Origin: Vicugna vicugna
Taxonomy: Eukaryota
DNA length: 64,000 nucleotides
NCBI GenBank assembly: GCA_013265495.1
Contig: MU058570.1
Span: forward strand, 124,001-188,000
Direction: 5' to 3'
The translations under genes were made by a program, and so were the position numbers. This document shows positions 29,766 to 48,339 of this stretch, piece after piece; within the stretch, counting starts at the first letter, position 1; every line of letters begins with the position of its first letter. Below the pieces are notes generated by a model. It was given only the letters and a program-made list of their open reading frames with translations. It made no database searches and was not told the DNA's origin.

Positions 29766-30401
29766 TATACTAGCATTTTAACCATCTGGGGCTGAAAACT
29801 AGAATCATTAAGCAATTACTACCATGGCAAATCTAAAAATTGTTACACGTGGATTCTGGGTATAACTGATACACAAGAGAAAGAAAAAACAAGGTCTTTG
29901 GAAAAGACAAATAAGGAAACATTTCTAAAAATTTACAGAAAACCATACATAAAAGCAGAAAAGGGGTAGGCTAGGCTATGTCCTTCCTGTAAGTCAACCT
30001 ATTTGCCCTCTAAATTTCCTAAAACATTAGGTGAGAGATGGATAAAAGTTCGTTGATTCCCAAATTTAGGGGACAGATAAAGATAAGTATCACTGTCAGG
30101 GTCATGTATTTTCTGGAGTTGGTACTCTGAAGCTTACCATGGGATCAGAAGGATAAAGGAATCATTCCCCTTCCCTTAAACAAATCCAGGAAGTAGTACC
30201 AGACACTAAATGATTTTGTGGATTATTTTTAAAAGAGCTAATATTGAAAACAGTCTACATCTTAAAATATTTAGTGTTAGAAACTCAGTGTGTTCTGGCA
30301 AACGTCTCCTAAAATCTGCCCTTGCAGAATTGAATGGATTAAGTCCTCTCTTCAGCTTTAAGAACAGAGCATAAACTGTTTACTTTTTTAATGCTTTAGA
30401 G

Positions 30402-30611
30402 CAAGGGTTGGCAAGCTATGGCTTGCAGGCTGCCTGTTTTTGTAAATAAAGATGTATTTGAACACAGCAATTCACACTGTTTACATCCCATCATGGCTTC
30501 TTTCCTGTTACAATAGCAGAGTTGAGTGGCTGCGACAGCAACCACATGGCCCACAAAGCCAGACGAGTATTTACTGTCTAGTCTTTTAAAGAAAAGGTTT
30601 GTTGACCTCTG
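30402..30611. mobile_element. MER58-like hAT DNA transposon
   Basis: Termini CAAGGGTTGGCAAG ... TTTGTTGACCTCTG; diverged 8-bp TSD ctttagag / ctacagag. Confidence 0.8.
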
Positions 30612-30734
30612 CTACAGAGTCAAGGAACTCTGTTGTGTGACCATGGACAAGATTCTGAGTCTAAGTCTCCGTTTTACCATCTGTAAAGAGAAATAACAGT
30701 ACACACCTCATGTGCAGTTAAGAATTAATTTAGT

Positions 30735-31349
30735 AAGTCTGGGCTGTCTATACGCTGTACAGTAAAGGCTTGCCCCTTGACCTGCTCCTCAGAGGTAACT
30801 CCTAAGCCCTTGGAATATGCTGCCTGATAAGCGTATCTTTGTTAACCTGGGGGTCTGGGGTCACACCAGATAGTGTACACTAACAGTGTAATTTATGATA
30901 GGGGCCTTGAGCCTCTCCAGAGTGTCTATGCTAACAACGTAATTTATGATGGGGAACTTGAGCCACATTGTAACAGGTCAACCTCTGGAGGGACTGGAGA
31001 CTGACTGATTAAGGTCAGTCATGCAGGTGGTCAGCCATGCCTAAGTGGCCAATAGAAGCCCTGACCAGGGTTCAGTCAAGCCCCACTGGCTGGCAATATT
31101 CTGTGTTGCCATATGTCACTCCTGGGAGAAGCAAGCAGTGTCCACATGACTCTATTGGGAGAGAACAACCAGAAGCTTGCGCCCAATTTCTCCAGTGCTC
31201 TGTCCTATGTGATTCTATCTTTTGCTGATTTTAAACTGTCTTCTTTCACTGTGATAAATTGTAACCTTGAGTATAACACCTTTGCTAATCTCTGTGAGTT
31301 CTTCTAGCAAATTATGGAACTTGAGGGTGGTCTTGGGAACCCCTGAACA
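30735..31349 (+). mobile_element. ERVL-class solo LTR (MER68/MER77-like)
   Basis: CTAAGCCCTTGGAATATGCTGCCTGATAAG ... GGTGGTCTTGGGAACCCCTGAACA terminus; family name from recall. Confidence 0.65.
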
Positions 31350-31499
31350 GCACTTCCAGATATTACAGGTAAGTGCTAAGTCTCCAGCAGTGGCTGGCTG
31401 CCATTTAATAAAGCTTCAGTACATACTGGCTCTTATCATCAAACCACTGAGATCCTTATTCATGCTACAGGACACTTCTGGCACTTCAGGACTCCCTTC

Positions 31500-33330
31500 A
31501 AATTCACATTCAATATCCATTCAGCAATCACTTGTGCTATTACTCTGTATCAGCCACACTGCTCTTGGTGCTAAAGATTCATTTGTAAGCAAAATGGACA
31601 AAAATCCTTGCCTTCATAAAGTTTAATTCTAGCAGGAGGAGACAAACATAAATAAGCAAATATATATAGAATGTCAGACTGTGTTAAGTACCAGAAAGGG
31701 AAATATGAAATGTCGGGAGAAGGGAGAACACTGGAATTTTAGGTTGGCTGGCCAGGGGAAATCTCCCTGAGAAGATGAAATTTGAGCAAAGAAGTGAAAG
31801 AAACAAGAAAGTTAGCTGTATCATTTTTTAGGAGATAAAATGTCAAAGGCAAAGGCAAAGGCCCCAAAGCGGGAGAGGGCCTGCTGTGTTCCAAGAGCAG
31901 CAAGGAGGCTAATGCGGTCAGAGCGAAATGGGTAACGAGAGGAGTTGAAGAGGTCAGAGAGGTAACAAGGTGGGGAAGGGTAAAGGGAATAGATACAGGG
32001 CCATGCAGGTCACAGAAAGGACTGTGGCTTTGAATCAGAGTATTAAAACCCATTGGAGAGTTTGAAGCAGAAGGCTGACATGACCTAATTTATGCTGTGC
32101 TGAGAATAAACTACAAGCGGGCAATATTAGAAGCAGGAGATCTGTTAGGAGGCTGCTGCAGTAATTCAGGCAGGAGATTATATCAGGCTGAGACTGTGCG
32201 GTGTGGGCAGGAATGATGGAAAGTGGACAATTTCTAGACATCATCTGAAGGTAAAGCCTGCAGGATTTCCTTATAGTCTGGATATGGAGTGAGAGAAAAA
32301 GAAAGTAAGGAAATCCAAGATTTTGAGCCTAAGTAATTTATAGAGCTGCCATCAATAGAAAAGGGGGAAATTACAGGAAGGGCTGGTTTGTGGTAGGGAA
32401 GGGGGTATAAAACAGTTCAGTTTTGACCATATTAAATGTGAGATGCCTAGTTGGACAACCAAGGGGAAAAATCAAGTAGGCAACCAGTCACAAAGGTTTG
32501 CAGTTCAGAGAAGAAGTTCAAGCTCGAGATACCAACTTGAGAGTCTTAGCACATAGGTGGCATTGAATGCAATGAGGTTGGATGAGACCATGTAAGGAGC
32601 AACTCTAGACAGGAAAAAAGAATAGATGCACAGTCTTGGCCCTGGGTCACTCCAACATGTAGAGATCAGGGACATCAGGAGAGGCCAGCAAATCCAACTG
32701 GGAAGTTGCAGACAGACAGAAAACCAGGCACATATGTTTATCCTGGAAGTCATGTGAAAACAGTTTTGATGTTAATACTGGTGACAGATTGAGTCAGACT
32801 GAGACTGAACTATGGCCATTAGATTCAGCAACAAGGAGGTCACTGGAGAGTTTAAGAAGGGTAGTTTTGATGGAGGTGAAGACAAATATCTTTGAAACTG
32901 GAGGAGAGAAACTGGAGCTGGTGGGTTTAGACAAGCCTTTGGAGAAACAGGATGACAGCCAAAAAGGAAAATGGGACCATGAAAGGGTTTTTTTGTTTGT
33001 TTTTACCTGAAGTTGGGAGAAAAGCATGCTTATGTTGAAGAGAATGATCTAGTAATGAAAGAATTACTGGAGTAGTATTTTGAGAGAGAAGAGGTGGGTT
33101 CTAGCACACAGGTGAAGAGAACAGCCTTGGCCTGTTCATCCACTGCAGAAGTGAAGCTGGAGTTCTGGGGACAGATGCAGAGGGGTGGGCTAATGTGCTG
33201 GTAGGAACTCAGGAAGTTCTTTTCCAATTATTTCAATTTTCTTGATGAAGTAGGAACCTAGGCTGTTAGCTGTGAGGATGAATGAGGAGGAATAAGGACA
33301 AAGAAGAAAGTATGGAATAGTTGCCTAGGA
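31500..33330. mobile_element. LINE-2 remnant
   Basis: Purine-rich on + with L2 hallmarks (GGAGATCTGTTAGGAGGCTGCTGCAGTAATTCAGG, TGGCCATTAGATTCAGCAACAAGGAGGTCACTGG). Confidence 0.75.
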
Positions 33331-33826
33331 GTCAAATTCTTCAAAAGGTTAATACACATTATCTGGCAGATAACTGACACCCCAAGTTTTCCCCATCTCA
33401 TACACCAGTGGTGCATTCCAACATCGGCTTAGGTTTAGTTCCAATTCCTATGCCTCCTACAACTGTGGTCACGTAACTGACACGTGCATTCACAGCACTC
33501 AGGTACTATGACATTCTAAATCTCAATTAAGATCAGATGATGTTCAGTAAATGTGTTTAATGAGGCAGGAAAATGCCTAACAATTTAGAAAGATTTACAT
33601 AGGTTTGAGAGGAACTGCAGGATACTAAAAAGCTAAATGTATAATTAAACAGTACACCCCATTTTCTCAGACAAGTCAAACTCTTAACACTATGCTAATG
33701 CAAAGCAGCCAGCAATATATCCCATGGTCAGAGTGCTGTGATTCTTTTCCTCAATAAAAAGAAGTTATAGTTGTCATCTGACAGCAGTGTTACCATAAAC
33801 TTCTATACTTACCACTACTTGGATCA

Positions 33827-34135
<309 letters not shown>

Positions 34136-34720
34136 TTATACCTTTATTCCTCCCTTTCTATCAAAGTAACTCCATTATATGGTATAAAAAGAATTGGCAG
34201 TAAGACAAAATTGAGACATATCAAGATAAATTTAAGACTCTTTCTTGGTCATGTCCAGCTATTTCCAATATATTTTTAAAACTTGATAGTTGAAGTAAGA
34301 TTAACTTTCAAATTAAGTTATTTCCTGTAAAGATTCAGTTACCTGAACTTATGATTAGCTGTTAATTATAAAAATTTTAAAAAGCACTCAGACTTAAAAT
34401 ATGGTAAAGCTTAAGTATATATTTCAATTTCAAAATAAGATTACAAAAATTGCTAAGGCCAGTTATCTATCTTATATACTATCTGTATAACTAAAGACAC
34501 TAGTAAACAACTTATTTATTAAATAACCAACTAGACAATTTCTCAAAATCTGATCTGACAACTAGGCAATTAAAACTGAGGAAAAGTGACAAACTGTAAA
34601 ACATGCTTAACAGACTCTAAAATGAAAATCTTCCTATTTTAATGAATTCATTTTGACTAGGCCTCAATAGAGATACATAAATAGCTCAATACTGCACATC
34701 GTACAAATGTCGAATTCTAC

Positions 34721-34782
34721 CTGCTGACAAGGAAGTACAGATTTCGGACTTCATCAGCCCAGGATCCAGGACACGAGGTTCT
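34721..34782 (-). CDS. TOPAZ1: TOPAZ1 exon 3 (REPRVLDPGLMKSEICTSLSA)
   Basis: TTTGTAGCAG|A acceptor, G|GTAGAA donor; 62 nt, phase 2 to 1, fits both neighbours. Confidence 0.85.
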
Positions 34783-35194
34783 CTGCTACAAAGCAAACAG
34801 AGTTTAAACATTAGAACACACTCCAGCAGAACCATCCACACCTCTTAAACATTATACACTACTGGCTGTAGCAGCTGGGGAACATGAGCTCAAGTCCTCC
34901 GAGGCGGGAGTCTGTCCTGGGACAGCACACCACCGAGATGCTTCATCTGGCTCTTTAATCACTTGTGCCACAACTGTATGGAGCGCTGCTGTCTGAACTC
35001 TTACTCAGAGAGGACTGATGACTGCATGTGCCAAGAATCTGAATTTAAAGTATTACACCAACGTAATATGTTTCCACTTCTACTCTCAAGCATGTGCATG
35101 TTTGTATTGCTGCCAAAGGAATAAGACGACGGTTGGAAAGCAGTTTGAGTCTGTTTCTGCAGTCTCTGAAGACAATATAAAGTCTGAAGGTTAT

Positions 35195-35395
35195 GGTCAT
35201 GGAGATCAGAGTTAGACCAAGTTGGGTTCAAATACTGTTCTGCCACTTACTGTGTCAACTGTGGCACAATTATTTAACTTCTTTGAGTTTAACCATATCT
35301 GTAAAATGAGAATGCCACCTACCCATGAGGTTATTGTGAGGATTAAATGAGATAAAATGTTCTCAAAGCCAATTGGCACAGGCTCAACAAATGAA
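35195..35395 (+). mobile_element. MIR SINE
   Basis: TGGGTTCAAATACTGTTCTGCCACTTACT and CTGTAAAATGAGAAT...GTTATTGTGAGGATTAAATGAGATAA core. Confidence 0.75.
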
Positions 35396-35689
35396 AACTA
35401 CATCTGCAGGAGTCCCTAAAAAACAAATGGCAAAACACTGTTCATTTTTAAAAACTCAAGACAAAAATGTATAAAAGTACACTGAATAAAATATAACAAA
35501 CGTCCATAATCTCACCATTTATTCACTTGGTAAGTGGGTTTTACTAAACCTATCCTACAACTGCTCATTGGTTCAGGATTACTTCCTAGCCAAGAAAGAA
35601 GAAAACAAAACATTTTATATATACTGTTCTTTGAGGTCTTTGGAAAACATGAAGTATTTTTTTCCCTCAACATAAACCCTAGAAACAAT

Positions 35690-36160
35690 GAGAAGCTGTT
35701 CGAGGAGGCACCTGAGAGGACATAACTGCCAGCTGACCTGTGAGCTGGATCCAAGCAATCTGGGGCTCCTCGTCCCCTCTCCCATCCTGGGGATGTGTGT
35801 TCTGCTTGTATTCCCCATGCTAGAAGCCGCCCAAGGACACAGCCTTGATAGTAAGGTGTTGTTGGGACCATCTGGATCGTATACATGCTCAACCCACTCA
35901 AGGCTTCAATGCAAACTTCTGAGATTCCAGGGGACTGGAATGGAAATCTACTCATCTTGCAGCTTCCCAAGACAAGTCACGTGTGTAAGTTCCCTTGCTT
36001 ATTAAACCTGTCACCTACCAATCTGGAATGGTCTGCCTCTTTCTTCAGACTCCACCTGCCCTCTGTGTGCGTGCATGCGTGTGTGTGTGTATAGGGGATG
36101 GTAAGGAAGTGGGGGCAGTTTCAGATTACATTTAGAAGTCCCTGAGGTTGCAAATTATCA
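35690..36160 (+). mobile_element. ERVL-class LTR remnant (MER54/MER73/MER74-like)
   Basis: GTAAGTTCCCTTGCTTATTAAACCTGTCACCTACCAATCTGG polyA-signal region; family name from recall. Confidence 0.55.
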
Positions 36161-39100
36161 CAAGTATACAGTTTAAAGAATGGGAAAATAAAAACACAAA
36201 CAAGACACATACATACACAAATTTCCTCCCCCAATTCCTACCTCTTGACTCATGTCTACTAGAGTATCTCCATTTCAGTATTTCAAAGGTCTCTCCAACT
36301 GAACATGTCTAAATTTGCCCTTATGACCAATATCCCACCACGATCCTGCCTCTTTTCATCAGAGAATTGTAATGACCTGCTTTGAAATAAGATAAACCAG
36401 ATATAATCCTTAACTCCAATCTCTGACCTTGCCCCCATCTGATTGACCAATCTTCACTTTCTAAACCTCTCTCAAATCCACTTCCACTTCTGGCTGAAGT
36501 CACCACGTCCTTTTGGTCTAATTATTACAATAGCTCCCCGCCAATTTATTCTCCACACCAGACTATAATGATTTTTAAAATGCAAATCTTATCAAATTCT
36601 TTACTTAAAAATCCTTCCATGAATCTCTATATGCTCTCAGGATAAAGTTCAAATCCACCATGAATTCTAGTTTATCCAGGATGATCCGTTCATGCCTGTT
36701 ATTCTGGCATAGTGATTATTAATAGCTCATTTCCCTTCTAAATGTTTTGTGATTCCGAAGATCAGTTCTAGGGTTATTCTATTTACAAAGCTCTGCACAA
36801 CTGACCTTTCTGCATATTTGGTAGCTTCATTTCTCGCCACCTGACCACTAAACCATGGGATGTTATTTCTGACTCTCAGCTGTTACGTGTTCTTCCCTGG
36901 GTACCTTCCTATAGGCTATTCCTTCCCCTCACTTTTCTACTCTGAACTTGTCTTCACCTATTGGCTAGTTCCTACTCATTCTTTAGTGTTCATCTTAAAC
37001 ATCACTCAGACCAGGAGGCCTTTAACATCCTGCACTTCTCTTACCATATTTTATGTATTCGCTTAATCATCTGCCTTCCTTGCTAGACTAAAAGCTCTGT
37101 GAGAACAAGGTTCCTGTGCGTTGAGTTGTTCTCCATACATTGAGCATCTAACATCCTCCTGGCCAGACTCTATGGAGACCCAAATGAAGATGCCCCTTTC
37201 CTGCCTAGGAACTCGTAGTATTGGAAGAGGTGCATTTAAAGAAGACATAACATATAGAGATGTGTGCCAAGAGAACTACTGGAACAAACCCCTAGAATAA
37301 CAACTCAGGTGTGACTTAAAGGACAACTGAATGAAGAGAAAGGAACTTTCAGATAAAGAAACATGCAAAAAGGATTCAAATGCATGACATATTGTGGAAA
37401 CAGTGAGCTGCCTGCTCTGCTTATCTTTTATTAACCTCTCACCTCACTTTCCTCCCCACCAACACCATAGCTGCCTAAGAAAAAATGGATGCAGAACCAC
37501 TAAAGAGCTATACAAAGTCATGCCAAGCAATTTAGACTCTACCCTCAGGTGGCTGAAAGCCACTGGAGCACTATAAGCAGTCACTGGCAGATCAATTTCT
37601 ATTTCAAAATATTACTATGGAGGAGGATATACTGCTAGAGTTCAAGAAGATTAACAAGGAGCTAACTGAAATAACCCAGAAGGAATATGAGTAAGTTGGT
37701 AGCAGTGAGAACTGAGAGGAAGGAAAAACCAGGAGAGATATTAAGGTAATAGCAGGAATAGAATAAGTGACAATAAATAGAGAAGAAATGAGGGGTGTTT
37801 CTGTAGTTTCTAATTATCCTGAATGTTACATTCATAAACAGGTACAGATTCAGACACACAAAAAAAAAAAACAGAAGACATAAATAGGTACAGCAAATGT
37901 ACTGCTCTAATTTCAAAGTATTGTGATAGTATTTTTAATATTGCTGGTATAGTTTGTAAGGGTGAAAAGCATTTTACTATGAATAACTAAGTTACAAAGA
38001 AGGTAAAATTGCACCTCACTTTTGTTAGAAGTAATTTTTGTTTTGAATTTGAAAGACACAAGACACAAAAATTTTAAATTCACCTAAGAAAAATATAAAC
38101 AAAACTGCAATCCCCATAAATATTTTATTACAGTTTTGCATTACTGGAGTAGAAAGTTACAGTTCTGCCTTGATGGAGCAGAAAGGGAAAAAAAAAAGGC
38201 AGAAGGAGGAAAGGAGAGAAACAGACCTGGGTGAGGCTACAGAATATAGGGACACAAAAGAGAAAATCTGAGCAAAAAGGAGAGGAGAGTAAGACAAACT
38301 TCTGGAGAATGACACAGATTACAGCAAGTTTATTCTCTACCAGAGCATTTTTCAAGGGGTTGATGAAATCTAATGGGCTGTAACCAGAATTTTTTAATAA
38401 AATAGAATAAAATACAAAATATGATAATGCACCACTTACAGTAAGGAAAAATATTGTTTTTATAAATCTATTATTGTTCATAAATACATAGATTCAGCAA
38501 TTCCTTCAGTTTCACCTCAGGCCCTTCTCCCCTCAGTTAAGTGTAAATAAAATTAAATGTTTTTACTAAAAAATGGCATAATCCAATTTTTCTAAGATTA
38601 TAACCACATATATGCATAGACAGGTGTCTGGAATAATGCATACAAATTGTGAGTAATTAACTGGTTATTTTGGGTGGTGAGATTTCCTTTTAGACTTTTA
38701 ATATAGTGAACATGTATCATTTTTATAAAATCAGACATTATTCTAAGAAAAGAAAGAATAAAAAACAAACTTCATGCCCAGTTCACACTTGTCTCTATCT
38801 TTGGCTGTAGCTCACTGTCAACATCTTGTTAGTTAACAGAGATGTTTACTCTTGAATGAGGGGTTTGCTCTAATTTCCCTTTGTATTCCTCAAAGGAAGC
38901 ACAGAGTAACAAGAGTTACAAGCACTTTTAATAACTATCCTTTATTGACTTCTTACTGCTCATCCAGTGCCACACCAAAACCTTTCCCATCCATTCACTG
39001 ATTTAATCCTCACAACCCTAAGGCAAGTACTTTCCCTTTTCACAGATAAGGTAAAATAATTTACCTAAAAGGTCACACAGCTACTAGGGCAAGAAGATTC

Positions 39101-40161
39101 AAAAACCTAGGTCAGATTATAAAGGTTACATTCTTAACCACTAATTTTAAAGTAAGACAGGCTTGGGTTCAAATCTAGATTCTGCTACTAGTAGTGTGAC
39201 CCTGGATAAATGACAACCTGACATCTTCATTTTTTTCCACCTTCAAAATAGGCAGATTATCATCCTTCCTTATTACACTATTTTAAAAAATAACAGATAA
39301 AGCTCTTGGTCTTTCCTTTGGGGGTAAGTTGTAAGTTCTTGTAACCCCAAGAACATCAGGAAGAATATAGTATCACAAAAGTTAACTAAAATGTATAAAT
39401 ACCAGAGAAATTTAAGTCATGTACCATTGAATCTTAGTGGAAAGTGTTTTCATGTTTCCTTTTGAGTCTGTTCACAATACATTCCAACATTCAAGTATTG
39501 TGATGTACAAATATAAATCAGAGCTTGAAGAACTACAAAAATCTAGCAAAATAGGGCATAATATTAAATAAAATTTGGGGCAACTAGGTAGATCAAGTTC
39601 CAATAACACAAAGGTTTATTACTTGGTTCAATTTAGTTGCCTCAAGCAAACTCATTCTCTTTAGGGCTAAGTCATCATTTAAAATCATCACCTTAAAAAT
39701 AAAGCCATGAAAAAATGTTAGACTTTTTCCCTTTGAAAATTAGTTTAAATTTTTATTCTACTTTCAAGTCCTAATTCAAATAAACTTTTCCAAGGCTTCT
39801 CTGTCCCCTGAAAAATGAGTTTTTTACCTAGCAAGGAAAATGGGTTAAAACACACAGCACTGTTCTTAATAAGTAACTTGGCTGAAATAAGTCTATCTGC
39901 ATATTGATAATAATTTAAAAACATATGAAAGTATATTTAATTGACTTTTGAAAGAAGCAATGTAAATAATTGAAAAGGTTACTTTATAAATCACCATTTA
40001 AAATTCTGAACAGCTAATCTGCTCCATCATAATTGCAAGGATATATATAATTGTTTTATTTCAATCCTAAGTTTTAGCATAATGACCTTTCCAGGTCTCA
40101 GCAATAATATACTGTATTACATTTAATAAATAACTAGGTTAAAAAAAATAATGGAGCTTCA

Positions 40162-42720
<2,559 letters not shown>

Positions 42721-43014
42721 TCAAAACAACAAAACATACCACAAAAGATTTTATATTGAGGAATAAAAAGCAGTATCACTTATAATAAAAAATACTGTGA
42801 AGCCACCCTTTTTTTTTTAATTTCCCCAAATAGCTTTATGGAAACATTTATTTGTTTTTAAATCAAAGGTTTAATGTCTATTAAAGAACTACATACAAAT
42901 CTGTATAAGTTCTAAGGCAGCTAAATAACCTCTAGTATTATCATCATATCACACTAGTCAAAGTGAATCACTAAGAGGACCTCCCCTCACAGAACTTCTG
43001 ACCAAGGGATCTCA

Positions 43015-43930
<916 letters not shown>

Positions 43931-46594
43931 GGGATCACTTTCTATCTGCCTTCCCGACATCCTAAAGGTACTTAAAGCTCTAGTTGTGCAGAACTGACCT
44001 TACCTTTGCTCAGGGGCTTGCTCCTCCTGTGTTGATGGATGCACTACCATCTATCCAGTTGTGTAAGCCAGAAACCTAGAAACCATCAGGGGATAAGCTT
44101 CTTTCCACTTCACTCCCCACATCCACATCCATTAGATTGCTTGATTCAGTTTTCTGTGTTCATTGGCCACTCACTTTGACTCTGGCTCTCAGATTCTGAC
44201 TGATCTCCTGCTTCAGCCTCCTAAATTTTATTGATGCCTCCATCCTTGTGCTGTTCCAGTCAGCTTCTACCTGCTGCCAGGCCTTGCCCCTCCAATGAAA
44301 GGGTATCCTGGCATTTTGCAGCTTGACCCTTCATGAACCTCCTTTGCTCAAAGACTGAAATTAATTGAAAGTCCAAATTCTTTAGTGTGGTATTTCTGAT
44401 ACGGCCCTGAATATTTAATTTTGTCTGTAGGGTAAAAGTTGTGGTTGGTGGAAATTTATCACCCTTCTGCATTACCTGACTCTGATTCCATGGGAGCTAT
44501 TTTACAACTATGTAAGTTGCAAATCAGTGGTAGCAATGCAAAATAATGGTCTATCGACTAGACTACAGTTTTCTTGTAGGTGTCTTTTTACTCATTTTAC
44601 TAACTATTGCCTGGTCTAGCACTGTAATTGGCTTTAGATGCCTTCAGTAAATATTGGTTGAATAAATGAAATTAGTCATAAGGAGATTTTAAAATCCTCT
44701 TCATTTTAATGAAGATGGAAATTACAATATAACGTTAGATTCTTTGTGTTACTGTTAATATTTAAATTTTTCCCCTTATGATTAGCCAAAAAAAGGAATG
44801 TTCTATTTTTAACTTGTGCTTCATTACATATTATTAAGGTTCAAAGTATTTCATGTATTATTGTGGTTGTTTCTTTTGTGAATTTGTCTTCCTGTCCTTT
44901 GCCCATTTGGGGGTTTTGCTATTTCTTTCTATGGATTTGTAGATTCTCTGTATTATTATATTATTATCTTCCTCGTTATGTATATATTATTGGTACATTC
45001 TTCTATTGGTAGCTTGTCTTTTAATTCTGTCTACAATATCTTTCGTTAAATGAAGCATTTGGATTTTTATATGTTCAATCTGTCAGTGTTTTCTTTTCTA
45101 CACTTGGTTTTAATAAGAACCTCTGTTCTGTGAGAAGAGAGATCTGGAGGAAGGAGGCCCCCTTCCTGAGAACAGATATTTTGTGGCTCATAAAGAGATC
45201 CTTAAGTAGGATGCTGATAAATCTTCCCACATATTTAAATTTGGAGGTCCAAATTCTCATATGCACACTATAGGTACATAATAGTATGTCAAGATAAATA
45301 TTTTTTTATGTTTCTATACATTTTTCTTCATCATTGGCTGACATTAGCATTCACCACTTGCTTTTGTAATTCCCTAAATTTTTCAGATGGTTAAATAATT
45401 TCTATGTGAATCAGTAAGAACTTCTTCAGAGGTAACCCCTTGAGGGTGCGCATAGTCTGTCAAATTCCCTCTGATCCTTCAAATTCTAATCTAACCAAAC
45501 TAATCACAATTTACAAAAGAAAATTGCCTATTTTTTAGCATACAAGGTCCAGATTTCATGACCATACTCCAGTAGGACTGGGGTCCTTCACTGGCCTGGG
45601 GTCTAGTATGGATTTTTTTTTACTGAAGTGCAGTCAGTTACAATGTGCCAATTTCTAGTGTACAGCACAATGTCCCAGTCATGTATATATATACACACAC
45701 ATATACTCGTTTAATATTTTTTCATTAAAGGTTATTATACGATATTGAATATGGTTCCCTGCTATACGGAAGAAATTTGTTTAGTATGAGTTGTTGTCAT
45801 TCCTTTTTTTTTTTTTTATAGTCAGACATCATTGTGCCCAGGACCTGTCAGCATAATATTATGAAGATTTAAAAACTGATCTTGCTTTCAAGTTTATTCT
45901 TTTATCTCTTTCTCTACTGGTGCAGGCTCACCAGGTCAGGACTAGCTCAACAGTACTTGCGCTCATAGTTCTGGACCTTATGACCTTGCATCTAAGGGAT
46001 GTTCATCTTAGCCACAGGGTGAACAGAGCCTTGGAAAGTGCAAATGGGAAAAATGGGAGTCACTGAGCCGTTCTAAAAGTGTGATTAATTGTTTCATCAT
46101 CAACTGTAGCCCTCCCTCCACATTCCTAACAAACATTGCCCTGTTGTGGGGGGCAAAATTGTATTCACTGTCCTTTGAATGCATGGATCATTTGTGTGTT
46201 CCTGAAATCTGAATTTGCGTGAGGACATAACTACCTTGAGTGGTTCCTATTAGCTGTTTTCCCTTGTGCTTAACTTGTTTAAATGTTTAACCTATTGTAA
46301 ATTCTGGGCTGTAAGCTCAGAATGGATAACCTGGGTTTCTTCTCCAGCAGTAAGGACTACCTTGGCATGAAAGGGTGGCTTTAGTTTGCATCTGATTATC
46401 ATTGAAGTTTTTTTAACATTTTTTATTGATTTATAATCATTTTACAATGTTGTGTCAAATTCCAGTGTTCAGCACAATTTTTCAGTCATTCATGGACATA
46501 TACACACTCATTGTTACATTTTTTTCTCTGTGAGTTATCATAACATTTTGTGTGTATTTCCCTGTGCTATACAGTGTAATCTTGTTTATCTATT

Positions 46595-46749
46595 NNNNNN
46601 NNNNNNNNNNNNNNNNNNNNNNNNNNNNNNNNNNNNNNNNNNNNNNNNNNNNNNNNNNNNNNNNNNNNNNNNNNNNNNNNNNNNNNNNNNNNNNNNNNNN
46701 NNNNNNNNNNNNNNNNNNNNNNNNNNNNNNNNNNNNNNNNNNNNNNNNN
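46595..46749. other. Assembly gap (N run)
   Basis: Read directly from the sequence. Confidence 0.99.
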
Positions 46750-46959
46750 TTTACAATAGACATGGAAACAGCTTAAATGTCCATCAACAGGTGACTGGAT
46801 AAAGAAGATGTGGTATATTTATACAATAGAATACTACTCAGCCATAAAAACCGACATCATTGGAGTTTTTTTTTCCTGTAGCAGCAACCCAGAAGAGTAG
46901 GAAGTATGATCATAAGACCATCAGTAATATTTCCATATTCGGAACCTAACTTAATCATA

Positions 46960-47190
46960 ATAGCAAGCATTTACATGGTGCTTATTATGTATGTACCAGG
47001 CTCTGTTCTAAGTCCTCATGTGTAGTAACTCACTTAACCTGCACAACAATCCTATATGGTTGGTACTACTGTTAACCCATTTAACAGATGAGGAGACTGA
47101 GGCTCAGAGAGATTATAGGGAAATGATGGAACCAGGTTTAAAATCCAGATGATCAGCTCCAAAATCAGATTCTTAAGCACTAAATTATGC
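46960..47190 (-). mobile_element. MIR SINE
   Basis: CCCATTTAACAGATGAGGAGACTGAGGCTCAGAGAG core. Confidence 0.75.
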
Positions 47191-48339
47191 TGTTCAATTA
47201 GTATTTATTTAGAAAAATTGGAGTCAAGATAAGAAGAAATCCATAAATTGGTAGCCAACACATTGGAGTGGATCCCTCCAAAATTCATTCCAAGTAAAAT
47301 CTGGAATGTATAATGAAATGATAATAATAGCAAACACTACAATAATAGCAAGGTAGGAACTAGATATTTTTCTAAAGTTCTTAATATATATTAATTCATG
47401 TAATAGTCACAACAACTTTATGAAAAGAGTACTACCATTTTGCTCAACTTGCAAATGGATAAACTGCAGCCCAGAGAAGTAAAGTCATTAGCCTAAGGAC
47501 ACACAGCTTGAAGTGCTTTACTAGCAACTCCCTAATTATTTTCTGGCTATCAAATCTTTTGTTCTCTATAAACATTCAAAGTGTTTTTTTACATGTATCT
47601 TCTCATTTTATTCTCAAAAATAATAAAAAAAAACTGTTCAGTAAGCAGGGTTTACTTTCCTTTAGCAGTTAAAGTGTGTTTTCTATGTTAAGCCATCGGG
47701 GGATAATTAAGAGTTTTTTTTAACACTCAACGTAAAACTCCAAATCATTTTTGTTGAACTGGAATCACGGCAATCAATTGTTAGCAAGAATCACAGTCCA
47801 GGGTTGCAGGGCCTGGGAGGAGACAGATGGAGTTCCCAGATGGTCAGTACAGACTCAGGAAGCAAATAGAAATGCTTCAAACCCAACCAGGAGGAAGAGT
47901 GGGGTTTCACATCCATTCTACCCTTGGTGTTGGCCTTCTTTTGTGTGCCATGCATTTGAAGGGGAATTGTTTAGGGGATATAGGTGAGTTGGGCCATCTG
48001 AAATGGGAAAGAATGAGTAGAAATGAAGAATAACCACTATTTGATTGTGGACACAAAGGGTTAAGGGCACAGGTCAGCTCTGCTTTCCCAGGCCAGAAAG
48101 TATGCAGTCTGAGATGGAGTTCCACTTGGACAGGGTTGCTACATACTGCTGAGTATATTGTTGAGTGTACAACCTGCCCAACCATACAGTGTCCCTGCTT
48201 GTATGAAATACACTTGGAAGAATCTCTTATCTGCTAGATCTAATTGTAAACAAATCCACCAAAAGAGATTTTTTAAAATATAGAATAACTTTGCTCCCTT
48301 AGACCTTTTCTTGTCCATTTTATTGCAGTGGGTTAAAAA

